DNA from: Minisyncoccota bacterium
Lineage (GTDB): Bacteria > Patescibacteriota > Minisyncoccia > UBA6257 > 2-01-FULL-56-20
Reading direction: 5' to 3'
DNA length: 62,851 nt
Assembly: GCA_031291905.1 (NCBI GenBank)
Contig: JARLIC010000029.1
Location: forward strand, 1-62,851
This document shows, one piece after another, positions 1 to 8,428 of the stretch (position 1 is the first letter of the stretch; every line of letters begins with the position of its first letter). Position numbers and translations under genes: made by a program. The notes under the pieces are model-generated. The model was not told where the DNA came from and searched no databases. It saw only the letters and a program-made list of their open reading frames with translations.

Positions 1-1
1 C

Positions 2-1168
2 CAGCCGGCGGAGAACGTGTCGCTGCTCATGCAATATCCTCCCGCGTTCACGTTCGCGACGAGCAGCATGGCGGTCGCCACCGGGACGAACGACCGATGG
101 GACGTCGGTACGCTTGCACCGGGGCAGGGAGGTACGTTCACCTTTACAGGAACGATCGTGGGTTCCGTGCGGGCGCAATATCCGATCACGGGATCGGTGC
201 TTACCGATATTTCGGGCGAGGAGTACGCCATCAATTCCCAGCCCGTTAACTTCGTGCTGGTCGCGGCGCCGCTCGCACTTTCGATAAGCGCCAACGGTTC
301 GTCGACCTACGTTTCGAAGGCGGGGGACAGCATCAATTACGTATTGACCTATACGAATAATTCTAACGTGACGCTCTCGAGCGTGAACATCGCGGCGAGC
401 CTCGTTGGTGCGATGTACGACTTCACAACGCTCCGTACGAACGGCGCGTTTAATTCGAAGACCGGCACGGTCACGTGGTATGCCGCAAATGCGCCGGCGC
501 TCACGTCGGTCGCGCCCGGCCAGTCGGGATCGGTGACGTTCTCGATAAAGACGAAGGGTTCGTTCCCCATCAAGCAGCTGAGCGACAAGGATTACACGCT
601 CGGCGTGAGGGGCACCATCCAATCGCCGACCGTGCTGCCGAACACGTCGGGTACGAGCACCGTTTCCGTGACGACCGCGGAAAGTAAGATGGCGGGCGAC
701 ATCGAGTTGGCCTCGAAGGGATATTGGCAGTCCGGCCCTTATCCGCCGGCGGTGAACCAGCCGACGATGTATACCGTCGATTGGACGATCACGAACTATT
801 CGACCGACGTGAAGGATATCGCCGTATCCGCGTATCTCCAATCGGGGACCTCCTTCATCGGCACGGCAACGAGCACGGTCTCCTCGACGCCACTCTATGA
901 TCCCGGCACGGGGCTCATCACATGGATCATACCTTCCATTGCCGCCGGGACCGGCGTTGCCGATGCGCCCGTCAGCGCCTCGTTCACCGTGAGCAACACC
1001 CCCGCCGTGAACCAGGTGGGGAGTGATATCACCCTGCTCGGCCCGACAAGCCTCACTTCCACCGATGCGTTCGCCGGCGGTCTCCTCCTTTCGAACGCAA
1101 AGGAGATAACGACCGCGTTGCCGGACGACAAATCGCTTGGCAGCGGGATACGTCAAGTGGTACAGTAA
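2..1168 (+). CDS. surface repeat protein, C-terminal part (DUF11-like conserved repeat domain); 5' end lies outside the window
   Basis: Frame is open from the window edge. Repeated units carry signatures such as INYVLTYTNNSNVTLSSV and YTVDWTITNYSTDVKDI, typical of DUF11 beta-sandwich repeats. Stop TAA at 1166-1168. Confidence 0.6.
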   Translation, partial: QPAENVSLLMQYPPAFTFATSSMAVATGTNDRWDVGTLAPGQGGTFTFTGTIVGSVRAQYPITGSVLTDISGEEYAINSQPVNFVLVAAPLALSISANGSSTYVSKAGDSINYVLTYTNNSNVTLSSVNIAASLVGAMYDFTTLRTNGAFNSKTGTVTWYAANAPALTSVAPGQSGSVTFSIKTKGSFPIKQLSDKDYTLGVRGTIQSPTVLPNTSGTSTVSVTTAESKMAGDIELASKGYWQSGPYPPAVNQPTMYTVDWTITNYSTDVKDIAVSAYLQSGTSFIGTATSTVSSTPLYDPGTGLITWIIPSIAAGTGVADAPVSASFTVSNTPAVNQVGSDITLLGPTSLTSTDAFAGGLLLSNAKEITTALPDDKSLGSGIRQVVQ

Positions 1169-1176
1169 ATTCCAAT

Positions 1177-1209
1177 TTCCAGATAGCTAAATCCCAAGCA
1201 AGAACCAAA
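1177..1209 (+). repeat. copy of the recurrent ~32 nt motif (ttccAGATAGCTAAATCCCAAGCAAGAACCAAA)
   Basis: Near-identical strings occur at 31117-31144 (+), 31179-31206 (-), 33209-33240 (-) and 52779-52814 (-). This copy lies just upstream of glyQS. Confidence 0.5.
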
Positions 1210-1221
1210 TAACAAATTTCA

Positions 1222-2664
1222 ATGACCAAACCGCTGCCGTCCGAAAAAAAAGATATGACGAACAATTTGATGGAAAAGATCGTGTCGCTTTCGAAGCGCC
1301 GCGGATTCGTGTTCCCAGGTTCGGAGATCTACGGCGGCCTGGCGAACTCGTACGAGTACGGCCCGGTCGGCGTCGAGCTCAAGCGCAACATCCAGGATGA
1401 ATGGTGGCGCACATTCGTGCGCGAGCGGAGCGATATGGTGGGCCTGGATTCCTCTATAATATTGCACCCGAAGACATGGGAGGCGTCGGGACACGTGGCC
1501 GGGCTTGTGGACGCGATGGTGGAGTGCAAGAAGTGCCATACGCGCACACGCGCCGACCATCTAATCGAGAACCACTTTGAGGCGAAGAACGAGAGCATGA
1601 GCGTCGAAGGGAAACCCGAAACGGAGCTCGATGCGATCATCAACGAGAACAAGATCAAGTGTCCGGTATGCGGCGCGTTCGATTGGACCGCAGTGCGCAA
1701 GTTCAACCTGCTCTTCGAGACGCATGTCGGCATCGTGCCGGAGGCGCAGTCGAAGGTGTATCTCCGCGGCGAGACGGCTCAGGGCATATTCGTGAGTTTC
1801 AAGAACATCATCGATTCCACCCGTGTCCGCCTGCCGTTCGGCGTCGGCCAGCTCGGCAAGAGCTTCCGCAACGAGATCACAAAAGGCAACTTCATATTCC
1901 GCACGCTCGAATTCGAGCAGGCGGAGATCGAATATTTCTTCGATCCGGAGACGAGCGATTGGAAGGAATTGTATGACGGATGGAAGGAAGCAATGGAAAA
2001 GTTCGTGACGGAAAATCTTGGCGTCGAAAAGGATCACTTGCGCTGGCGCGAGCACGGCGACAAGGAGCGCAGCTTCTACAGCAAAAAAACGGAGGATCTT
2101 GAATACAACTTTCCGTTCGGTTTCAAGGAGCTCTGGGGATTGGCATATCGCACCGATTACGACTTGAACCAGCATATGAAGTTTTCGGGCGTCGACCTTT
2201 CCTATACCGATCCGGCGACCGGCAAGAAGTTCGTGCCGCACGTGATCGAGCCGGCGGTCGGCGTGAATCGTCTGATGGCGATGGTGATGCTCGACGCATA
2301 CACCGAGGACGGCGACCGCGTGTACCTCAAGCTCAAACCCCGTCTCGCGCCGTACAAGGCCGCGGTGTTCCCGTTGCTCGCGAACAAGCCGCAGCTCGTG
2401 GAGATCGCGCGGAAGATATACGACGACCTCCTCAAGGATTTCACCGTGGCTTGGGATGACCGCGGCAACATCGGCAAGCGGTACTATGCGCAGGATGAGA
2501 TCGGCACCCCGTTTTGCATCACCGTCGATTTCGATACTATTGAAGGGGGCGAGGACGGCACGCACAAGGGAACGGTGACCGTGCGCGACCGCGATACGGG
2601 CACGCAGGAGCGGGTGGCAATCGAAAAGCTTCAGGAATTCCTTCATGGCAAAATTTATCGTTAA
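1222..2664 (+). CDS. glyQS: glycine--tRNA ligase (class II, single-chain GlyQS type)
   Basis: N-terminus MEKIVSLSKRRGFVFPGSEIYGGLANSYEYGP and class II motifs along its full length. The start could instead be the internal ATG at 1255 or 1270. Confidence 0.93.
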   Translation: MTKPLPSEKKDMTNNLMEKIVSLSKRRGFVFPGSEIYGGLANSYEYGPVGVELKRNIQDEWWRTFVRERSDMVGLDSSIILHPKTWEASGHVAGLVDAMVECKKCHTRTRADHLIENHFEAKNESMSVEGKPETELDAIINENKIKCPVCGAFDWTAVRKFNLLFETHVGIVPEAQSKVYLRGETAQGIFVSFKNIIDSTRVRLPFGVGQLGKSFRNEITKGNFIFRTLEFEQAEIEYFFDPETSDWKELYDGWKEAMEKFVTENLGVEKDHLRWREHGDKERSFYSKKTEDLEYNFPFGFKELWGLAYRTDYDLNQHMKFSGVDLSYTDPATGKKFVPHVIEPAVGVNRLMAMVMLDAYTEDGDRVYLKLKPRLAPYKAAVFPLLANKPQLVEIARKIYDDLLKDFTVAWDDRGNIGKRYYAQDEIGTPFCITVDFDTIEGGEDGTHKGTVTVRDRDTGTQERVAIEKLQEFLHGKIYR

Positions 2665-3943
2665 GGGCGGCAAGCCGCTGTTCGGCGAGGTCGCGATCGC
2701 GGGCGCGAAGAACGCCGCGTCGAAGATGTTCGTGGCGTCGCTTCTGACCGACGAGCAGTGCATCTTCAAGAGTGTGCCGGCGATCGGCGAACTCGAGATC
2801 GTCGTGGAATTGCTGAGGACCATAGGCAGCCAGGTCGATATCGCGGGACCGACGGTGAGCGCGACCGCGAAGGAGATCGTGAACAATCGCGTGACGCAGC
2901 TTTCGCGCAAGAACCGCATTCCGATCCTCGCCCTCGGCCCCTTGCTCGCGCGCACGGGGGAGGCGGAAGTGCCGGTGCTCGGCGGCGACAAGATCGGTCC
3001 GCGCCCGGTGGATATCCACCTCGACGGACTCGCGAAGCTCGGCGCCCGCATTGAAGTGACCGAAAAAAGTTTTCATGCCTGGGCACCCGAGGGAGGTCTT
3101 CGAGGTGCGGAGATAGAGCTGCGCTTTCCGAGCGTCGGCGCCACGGAGAACATCATTCTTGCGGCCGTGCTCGCCCATGGAAGGACCGTCATCCGGAACG
3201 CCGCGCTCGAACCGGAGATCGTCGACCTCATCAAACTGCTCCAAAACATGGGCGCCATCATCGAACTCCATCCGCCGCGCACGATCATCATTGAAGGCGT
3301 GCCGAAACTTCACGGTACGACGCACCGCGTGATGCCCGATCGCAACGAGGCGGTATCGTTCGCCTGTCTTGCGATCGCGACGAACGGCCGCATCAAGCTC
3401 CGCGGCGCCGTCCAGGAGCATCTCATCACGTTCCTGAACACCGTGCGGCGGCTCGGCGGCGAGTACCAGGTGGACGAGGATGGCATCGCGTTCTGGCGCG
3501 CGCGCGAACTTTCGCCGGTCGAGATCGACACCGACGTACATCCGGGTTACATGACCGACTGGCAGCAGCCCCTCGGCGTATTGCTCACGCAGGCGAACGG
3601 CGTCTCGACGATCCACGAGACGATCTACGAAGACCGGTTCGCCTATACGAACGACCTGAACTCGATGGGAGCGGACATCACGGTATCGACGCAATGCCCA
3701 CCGGGCGCCCCGTGCCGCTTTGCGGGCCGGGGGTTGAACCATTTTGCGGTGATAAAAGGGGCAACGCCGCTTGCAAGCACAAATCTCGTTGTGCGCGATC
3801 TGCGTTCGGGCATCGTCGACATTCTTGCCGCACTCGTCGCGACCGGTGTTTCCGAGATCGACGGCGCGGACGAGATAGACAGGGGATACGAACATATCGA
3901 CGCAAGGCTGAGGCAGTTGGGTGCGGAGATAACCCGCGCCTGA
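2645..3943 (+). CDS. murA: UDP-N-acetylglucosamine 1-carboxyvinyltransferase
   Basis: MAKFIVKGGKPLFGEVAIAGAKNAASK start, 432 aa, EPSP-synthase/MurA fold signatures. It overlaps the glyQS end by 20 nt. Confidence 0.93.
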   Translation: MAKFIVKGGKPLFGEVAIAGAKNAASKMFVASLLTDEQCIFKSVPAIGELEIVVELLRTIGSQVDIAGPTVSATAKEIVNNRVTQLSRKNRIPILALGPLLARTGEAEVPVLGGDKIGPRPVDIHLDGLAKLGARIEVTEKSFHAWAPEGGLRGAEIELRFPSVGATENIILAAVLAHGRTVIRNAALEPEIVDLIKLLQNMGAIIELHPPRTIIIEGVPKLHGTTHRVMPDRNEAVSFACLAIATNGRIKLRGAVQEHLITFLNTVRRLGGEYQVDEDGIAFWRARELSPVEIDTDVHPGYMTDWQQPLGVLLTQANGVSTIHETIYEDRFAYTNDLNSMGADITVSTQCPPGAPCRFAGRGLNHFAVIKGATPLASTNLVVRDLRSGIVDILAALVATGVSEIDGADEIDRGYEHIDARLRQLGAEITRA

Positions 3944-4061
3944 TCCATATTTCGAACATTCTCTCGAGGACGGCGTCGAAACCTGCTGGTTTCGCGCCTT
4001 AGCACTCGGCGCCTACGCGCCTCCGTGATACCTCTCGAGAACGCTCGAAATATGGATCAGG
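3939..4061 (-). ncRNA. family A hairpin-apex element, copy 1 (conserved three-way-junction core on a long inverted repeat)
   Basis: Core 3970-4030 matches copies 2-4 when read on the minus strand. Arms 3939-3969 and 4031-4061 pair, with the outer 17 bp perfect. The left arm begins in the last murA codon plus the TGA stop. Confidence 0.55.
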
Positions 4062-4168
4062 CCACAATACTTTCCTTGCGCAACAATTGAGGACCTTCAG
4101 CGTAGCGACCCGGTCCGAAATGAGGAGATTTTTGCTTGCCTTCCCCGAAAGGATGTTCTGGAGGAGAA

Positions 4169-4197
4169 TTGCGCAAAGCCCCGTTTTCGCTTACAAT
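4169..4197 (+). promoter_or_regulatory. sigma70-like promoter of mreB (TTGCGC-17 nt-TACAAT), with the ATG 6 nt after the -10 box
   Basis: -35 at 4169-4174 and -10 at 4192-4197; the mreB ATG is at 4204, with no Shine-Dalgarno sequence between. Confidence 0.4.
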
Positions 4198-4203
4198 ATC
4201 GTT

Positions 4204-5211
4204 ATGTTTGGCAAGAAAATAGGCATCGATCTGGGCACGGCAAACACCGTTGTTTTTGTACCGGGCAGGGGATTCATCATCAACGAGCCGACCATTGTGG
4301 CGCTCACAAGGCCCGATAACACGGTACTTGCGGTGGGTTTGGAGGCCAAGGAGATGATCGGCCGAACCCCGGACGAGATCGTCCCATACCGCCCACTCAA
4401 AGACGGCGTGATCGCCGATTATTACATCACAAAGGCGATGCTCACGTACTTCATCTCGAAGGCGTCGGGCTGGTTCAATATAATCAAACCGGACGTCGTC
4501 ATTTCCGTTCCCGCGGGCATCACGCAAACCGAACGCCGCGCCGTGATGAATGCCGCGCGCGAAGCGGGCGCCGGCAACGCATTCATCGTGCGCGAGCCGA
4601 TCCTCGCCGCGCTTGGTGCGGGCATCCCGATCAACGCGCGCAGCGGCAACATGATCATCAACATCGGCGGCGGCACGAGCGAACAGGCGGTGATCGCGCT
4701 CGGCAACATCGTTTCCTGGAACAGCCTGCGCATCGCCGGCAACAAGTTCGACCAAGCGATCATGGATTACATCAAAAAGAAATATGCGCTTGCGATCGGT
4801 GAACAGACGGCGGAGACGGTGAAGATAGAGATCGGTTCGGCGATGCCCACCAAAGAAAAATTGGAATACCAGGTGCGTGGGCGCGACCTGGTGACCGGCC
4901 TGCCGAAGGACATCGTGGTGAATTCGAATGAGATGGCCGAAGCGCTCAATCCTTTGCTCGTCGAGATCGCGACTTCGGTGCAGAACGTCTTTAACGTGAC
5001 GCCGCCCGAGCTCGTGGCGGACATCATGGAAAAAGGCATCATCCTTTCCGGCGGCAGCGTTCAGCTCCATCACCTTCCCGAGTTCTTTGAGCGCTTCCTC
5101 GGGGTACAGGCCTATGTCGCCGAAGATCCGCTCTTTTGTGTGGCGAAAGGGACCGGTTTGATCCTGAACCACCTCGATACCTACAAGAGGACACTTTTGA
5201 ACAAACGCTGA
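4204..5211 (+). CDS. mreB: rod shape-determining actin homologue MreB
   Basis: MFGKKIGIDLGTANTVVFVPGRGFIINEPTIVAL is the canonical MreB N-terminus. The ORF-track start at 4087 is an upstream extension. Confidence 0.9.
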   Translation: MFGKKIGIDLGTANTVVFVPGRGFIINEPTIVALTRPDNTVLAVGLEAKEMIGRTPDEIVPYRPLKDGVIADYYITKAMLTYFISKASGWFNIIKPDVVISVPAGITQTERRAVMNAAREAGAGNAFIVREPILAALGAGIPINARSGNMIINIGGGTSEQAVIALGNIVSWNSLRIAGNKFDQAIMDYIKKKYALAIGEQTAETVKIEIGSAMPTKEKLEYQVRGRDLVTGLPKDIVVNSNEMAEALNPLLVEIATSVQNVFNVTPPELVADIMEKGIILSGGSVQLHHLPEFFERFLGVQAYVAEDPLFCVAKGTGLILNHLDTYKRTLLNKR

Positions 5212-5221
5212 TTGCGTACGT

Positions 5222-6088
5222 ATGATAATCGGCCACGAAGGCACCATCGGCGATCTCAAGGACCTCATTGCGCGAGGGCGGCTCGGCCACGGCTATATCT
5301 TCTTCGGCCCTTCGATGGTGGGGAAGCGGGCGGTCGCGCTTGGACTCGGCCATTTTCTTGAAAAGGAAACGTTCGAGGTCGGGCCCGAGACCGAAGCGCT
5401 TCAGGACCTGAAGGTCATCGATATCGCATTCATGCGATCGCTCGACGCGGACGCGAGCGGGGGTTCGATCGGCATTGATGCGGTGCGCGAGATCAAGAAC
5501 TTCCTTTGGCAGAAACCAAATTCGAGCGTGCGCCGTACGCTTATCATCGACAACGCGGACCTTCTGACGACCGAGGCGCAGAACGCGCTCCTCAAGATCA
5601 CCGAGGAGCCTCCCGCATCGTCGCTTCTCGTATTAGTGACGTCGGACACCGAGAGTATCCTGCCGACGATCGTGTCCCGCCTTCCGAAGATATACTTCGG
5701 CGCGGTGCCGAAGAAGGCGATCGAGGATTGGCTGGCCGCGGATGGCGGGATCGCGAAGGCGAAAGCGGCGGCGTTCGCCGCACGCGCGCTCGGCAAGCCG
5801 GGGCTTGCATGGCGGCTTTCGCACGACGATGCATTCCGCAAAGACCTCGAGCTTGCCGAAAAGTTCCTGAAGTCCGCTCCGGCCGCACGCCGCGATCTCG
5901 TCAAAAAGATCATCGAGCCCGATGATTTCAGTTTGCGGAACTTCCTCGATGCGGTCATAATGACCCTTGCGTGGCAGGAGCCCTCGGTCGCAAAGGCGGC
6001 GTTCTGGCACAAGACCCTCCGGCTCTACGAGGGCGTGACCGGCTTCTCGCTCAACCCGCGCCTCCAGCTCGAAGCGTTAATGAAATGA
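5222..6088 (+). CDS. holB: DNA polymerase III delta-prime subunit-like AAA+ clamp-loader protein
   Basis: GHGYIFFGPSMVGKRAVALGL Walker A-like region, IIDNADLLTTEAQNALLKITEEPP box, SRLPKIYF sensor region. Confidence 0.8.
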   Translation: MIIGHEGTIGDLKDLIARGRLGHGYIFFGPSMVGKRAVALGLGHFLEKETFEVGPETEALQDLKVIDIAFMRSLDADASGGSIGIDAVREIKNFLWQKPNSSVRRTLIIDNADLLTTEAQNALLKITEEPPASSLLVLVTSDTESILPTIVSRLPKIYFGAVPKKAIEDWLAADGGIAKAKAAAFAARALGKPGLAWRLSHDDAFRKDLELAEKFLKSAPAARRDLVKKIIEPDDFSLRNFLDAVIMTLAWQEPSVAKAAFWHKTLRLYEGVTGFSLNPRLQLEALMK

Positions 6089-6102
6089 AATAACTTTTAA
6101 AA

Positions 6103-6663
6103 ATGACCATCGCCGAACAGATAACCAAAGACCTCGAGACCGCCCTTTCCGCCACCACCGCGAAGCTGAAGACCGATTTCGGGCAGATCCGCGGCAACAA
6201 GCCGTCGCCCGATATGCTGCAGGACCTCAAAGTGAACCTCTACGATCAGTCGCTCAGCATCCGCGAGCTCGGTGCGCTCAGCATCCTTCCGCCGCGGACC
6301 ATCCAGATCACCATATGGGACCCGGGCGCGATGGGCGCGGTCATGAAGGCGATCGACGACGCGCACCTCGGGCTCTCCACCAACAGCGACGGCAACAACA
6401 TCCGCGCGACCCTTTCGCCGCTCGGTGACGAACGCCGCGACGAGATGACGAAGTTCGTGAAGAAGATGTCGGAAGCGGCGCGCATCCAGGTGCGGGCGCG
6501 GCGCGAGGACGCTATGAAGCGCCTCAAGGACTCAAAGGAGCGTGGAGAGGTCACCGAGGACGACGTGTTCAAGGGACGCGAGAAGATCCAGAAGGTGACG
6601 GACAAAGCGAACGGCGACGTGGAGGCGATGCTGAAGAGCAAAACGGAGGAGCTTGGGGAATGA
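6103..6663 (+). CDS. frr: ribosome recycling factor
   Basis: 186 aa. Contains FGQIRGNKPSPDMLQDLKVNLYDQSLSIRELGALS and a C-terminal EDDVFKGREKIQKVTDK helix, typical of RRF. Confidence 0.95.
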   Translation: MTIAEQITKDLETALSATTAKLKTDFGQIRGNKPSPDMLQDLKVNLYDQSLSIRELGALSILPPRTIQITIWDPGAMGAVMKAIDDAHLGLSTNSDGNNIRATLSPLGDERRDEMTKFVKKMSEAARIQVRARREDAMKRLKDSKERGEVTEDDVFKGREKIQKVTDKANGDVEAMLKSKTEELGE

Positions 6664-6727
6664 CGACGCGAGCTTGCTCTTTTATTTATTTTATGTTTTA
6701 ATGTAGCCAGCGGTACGGAGGGGGATT

Positions 6728-7291
6728 ATGCCCGATATAAAGGAAGTTGCGATCGGCACGGTGGTGCACGGGCACCAGGAGGTCCTCCTTGGGAAGAACG
6801 ATCGGGCGCGGAGCTGGGTAAAATACCAGAGCCCGCTTCGGTACTCGTTCTATGGAGGAAAGATCAGGCGCGATATCGGCGAAAGGGCGCTCGATGCCTT
6901 CATGCGGGAGCTTTGGGAGGAGAGCGGACTTGTCGCCGACCGGGATTCGATCGAGAAGGTGGCGATGATCCTTATGACCAAGCACCTTCCGAACGGAGGA
7001 AGACGATTCCTTCGTATGCATGTGTTCCTTGCGCATAAGGCGAGCGGCCTCCTTCACCGGACGCCCGAAATGGAAGGGTGGCGGTGGTGCAACCAACGTG
7101 CGCTTCCGCACTACGCGATGCTTGCCGCCGATCCGGAGTGGATGCCCCAGATCTTCGGGGGTAAAAAGGTCATCGCACAGGTCGAGGTGGATATGTATCA
7201 GCGCCATCTCATAAAACCGGTCATCCTTCAGGAAGTAGGACGGTTTCCCGAAGATCGTCCAAAATTCAATGAATGCCCGTCTCTCGTCTGA
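6728..7291 (+). CDS. NUDIX hydrolase
   Basis: Nudix box GGKIRRDIGERALDAFMRELWEESGL (GX5EX7REUXEEXGU pattern). Confidence 0.8.
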   Translation: MPDIKEVAIGTVVHGHQEVLLGKNDRARSWVKYQSPLRYSFYGGKIRRDIGERALDAFMRELWEESGLVADRDSIEKVAMILMTKHLPNGGRRFLRMHVFLAHKASGLLHRTPEMEGWRWCNQRALPHYAMLAADPEWMPQIFGGKKVIAQVEVDMYQRHLIKPVILQEVGRFPEDRPKFNECPSLV

Positions 7292-7343
7292 GGCGGGCAT
7301 ATTTTTATTCCTGGTCCGGTCCTGTTATACTAAGGGGGCTTTT

Positions 7344-8399
7344 ATGTTGATCGCCATCATCGTCATTGTCGGATTGTCGCTCCTGATCCTCGGCCACGAG
7401 GCCGGCCACTTTTTTGCGGCCAAGATGTTCGGCCTCAAGGTGGACGAGTTCGGCTTCGGCTTTCCGCCGCGCATCGCGGCAAAGAAGATCGGAGACACCG
7501 AGTACAGCCTGAACTGGCTGCCGTTCGGAGGATTCGTGCGTATTTCCGGCGAGCGTGGCGAGTTCGCGGTGATCGACGGCGAAGAAGGTGCTCCGGTCTC
7601 GCCGGTCGCCGACCCGAAGCGCCTTTTCTATTCCCAACCCGCATGGAAAAAATCTATCATCGTACTTGCGGGAGTGATCACCAATTTCATACTCGGATGG
7701 CTGTTCATCTCGATCGTCCTTATGGTCGGTGTGCCGCAGACACTCGTGATCGCGGGCACCCAGCCCGGTTCGCCCGCGGCGGCGGCGGGTATACAGTCGG
7801 GCGATATTGTGCGCGGGTATACCGATTCGCAAAGCTTCATCGATTTCATCAATGGCAACAAAGGGACTCCGGTCACCGTTTCGGTCGTGCGCAACAACAA
7901 GGACCTCAGCTTCACCGTGACGCCGCGTACCGTAACCGCGCCGAACGAGGGCGCGATCGGTGTGGAACTCCAACAGGGAGGTGCGGCGCGCGAGAACGTG
8001 TTCGTCGCCCTGCGTGACGGGTTTGTCGATGCCGCGATCGTCTCATGGCTCACCATCAAGGCATTCGGCGATCTTGTGCGGCAGATATTCGTGCATGCAT
8101 CGATCCCGGCCGACGTGGTCGGTCCCGTGGGCATCTTCAGCCTCGCCGAGGAGACGGGGCACATCGGACTCACCTATCTGCTCCAGTTCATCGGCATCAT
8201 TTCGCTCAATCTCATGGTGGTGAACCTCATCCCGTTCCCTGCGCTCGACGGCGGGAGATTTGTGATGGTACTTATCGAGAAGGTCAAAAAGACGCCACTC
8301 TCATTCAATGTGGAAGCATGGGTCAACGGGATAGGATTCGGTCTGCTCCTCTTGCTGATGCTGCTTTTGACCATACGGGACGTGCACGGGTTGCTGTAA
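7344..8399 (+). CDS. rseP: RIP site-2 zinc metalloprotease (M50, RseP-like, with PDZ domain)
   Basis: HEAGHFFAAKMFGLKVDEFGFGFPPRI HExxH motif, a central PDZ-like segment, and a C-terminal LNLIPFPALDGG motif. The ATG at 7344 is preceded by AAGGGGG. Confidence 0.85.
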   Translation: MLIAIIVIVGLSLLILGHEAGHFFAAKMFGLKVDEFGFGFPPRIAAKKIGDTEYSLNWLPFGGFVRISGERGEFAVIDGEEGAPVSPVADPKRLFYSQPAWKKSIIVLAGVITNFILGWLFISIVLMVGVPQTLVIAGTQPGSPAAAAGIQSGDIVRGYTDSQSFIDFINGNKGTPVTVSVVRNNKDLSFTVTPRTVTAPNEGAIGVELQQGGAARENVFVALRDGFVDAAIVSWLTIKAFGDLVRQIFVHASIPADVVGPVGIFSLAEETGHIGLTYLLQFIGIISLNLMVVNLIPFPALDGGRFVMVLIEKVKKTPLSFNVEAWVNGIGFGLLLLLMLLLTIRDVHGLL

Positions 8400-8428
8400 C
8401 GGCGTCCGCCGCGGAGTATAATAGAGGC

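Noticed and set aside
1169-1221. T-box or other riboswitch leaders upstream of the aminoacyl-tRNA synthetase genes (glyQS, gltX at 20239-20299, lysS at 43609-43654).
   Set aside because: The upstream spacers are only 45-60 nt, far too short for a T-box, and no specifier or antiterminator structures are visible.
3939-4061. Family A copies as a classical MITE or as CRISPR repeats.
   Set aside because: A MITE has conserved terminal inverted repeats and a variable interior. Here the interior is conserved and the arms are unique to each locus. The copies are tens of kb apart, with no regular spacing and no cas genes, so this is not a CRISPR array.
8045-8428. 5' extensions offered by the ORF track (8045 for the DUF763 gene, 4087 for mreB, 7269 for rseP, 25742 for the ComEC MBL ORF, 14718, 20346, 22709, 50703, 51876).
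   Set aside because: The extensions overlap the preceding or divergent gene and translate to Arg-rich nonsense. Internal ATGs coincide with the conserved protein N-termini, an SD or -10 box, or an ATGA coupling overlap.
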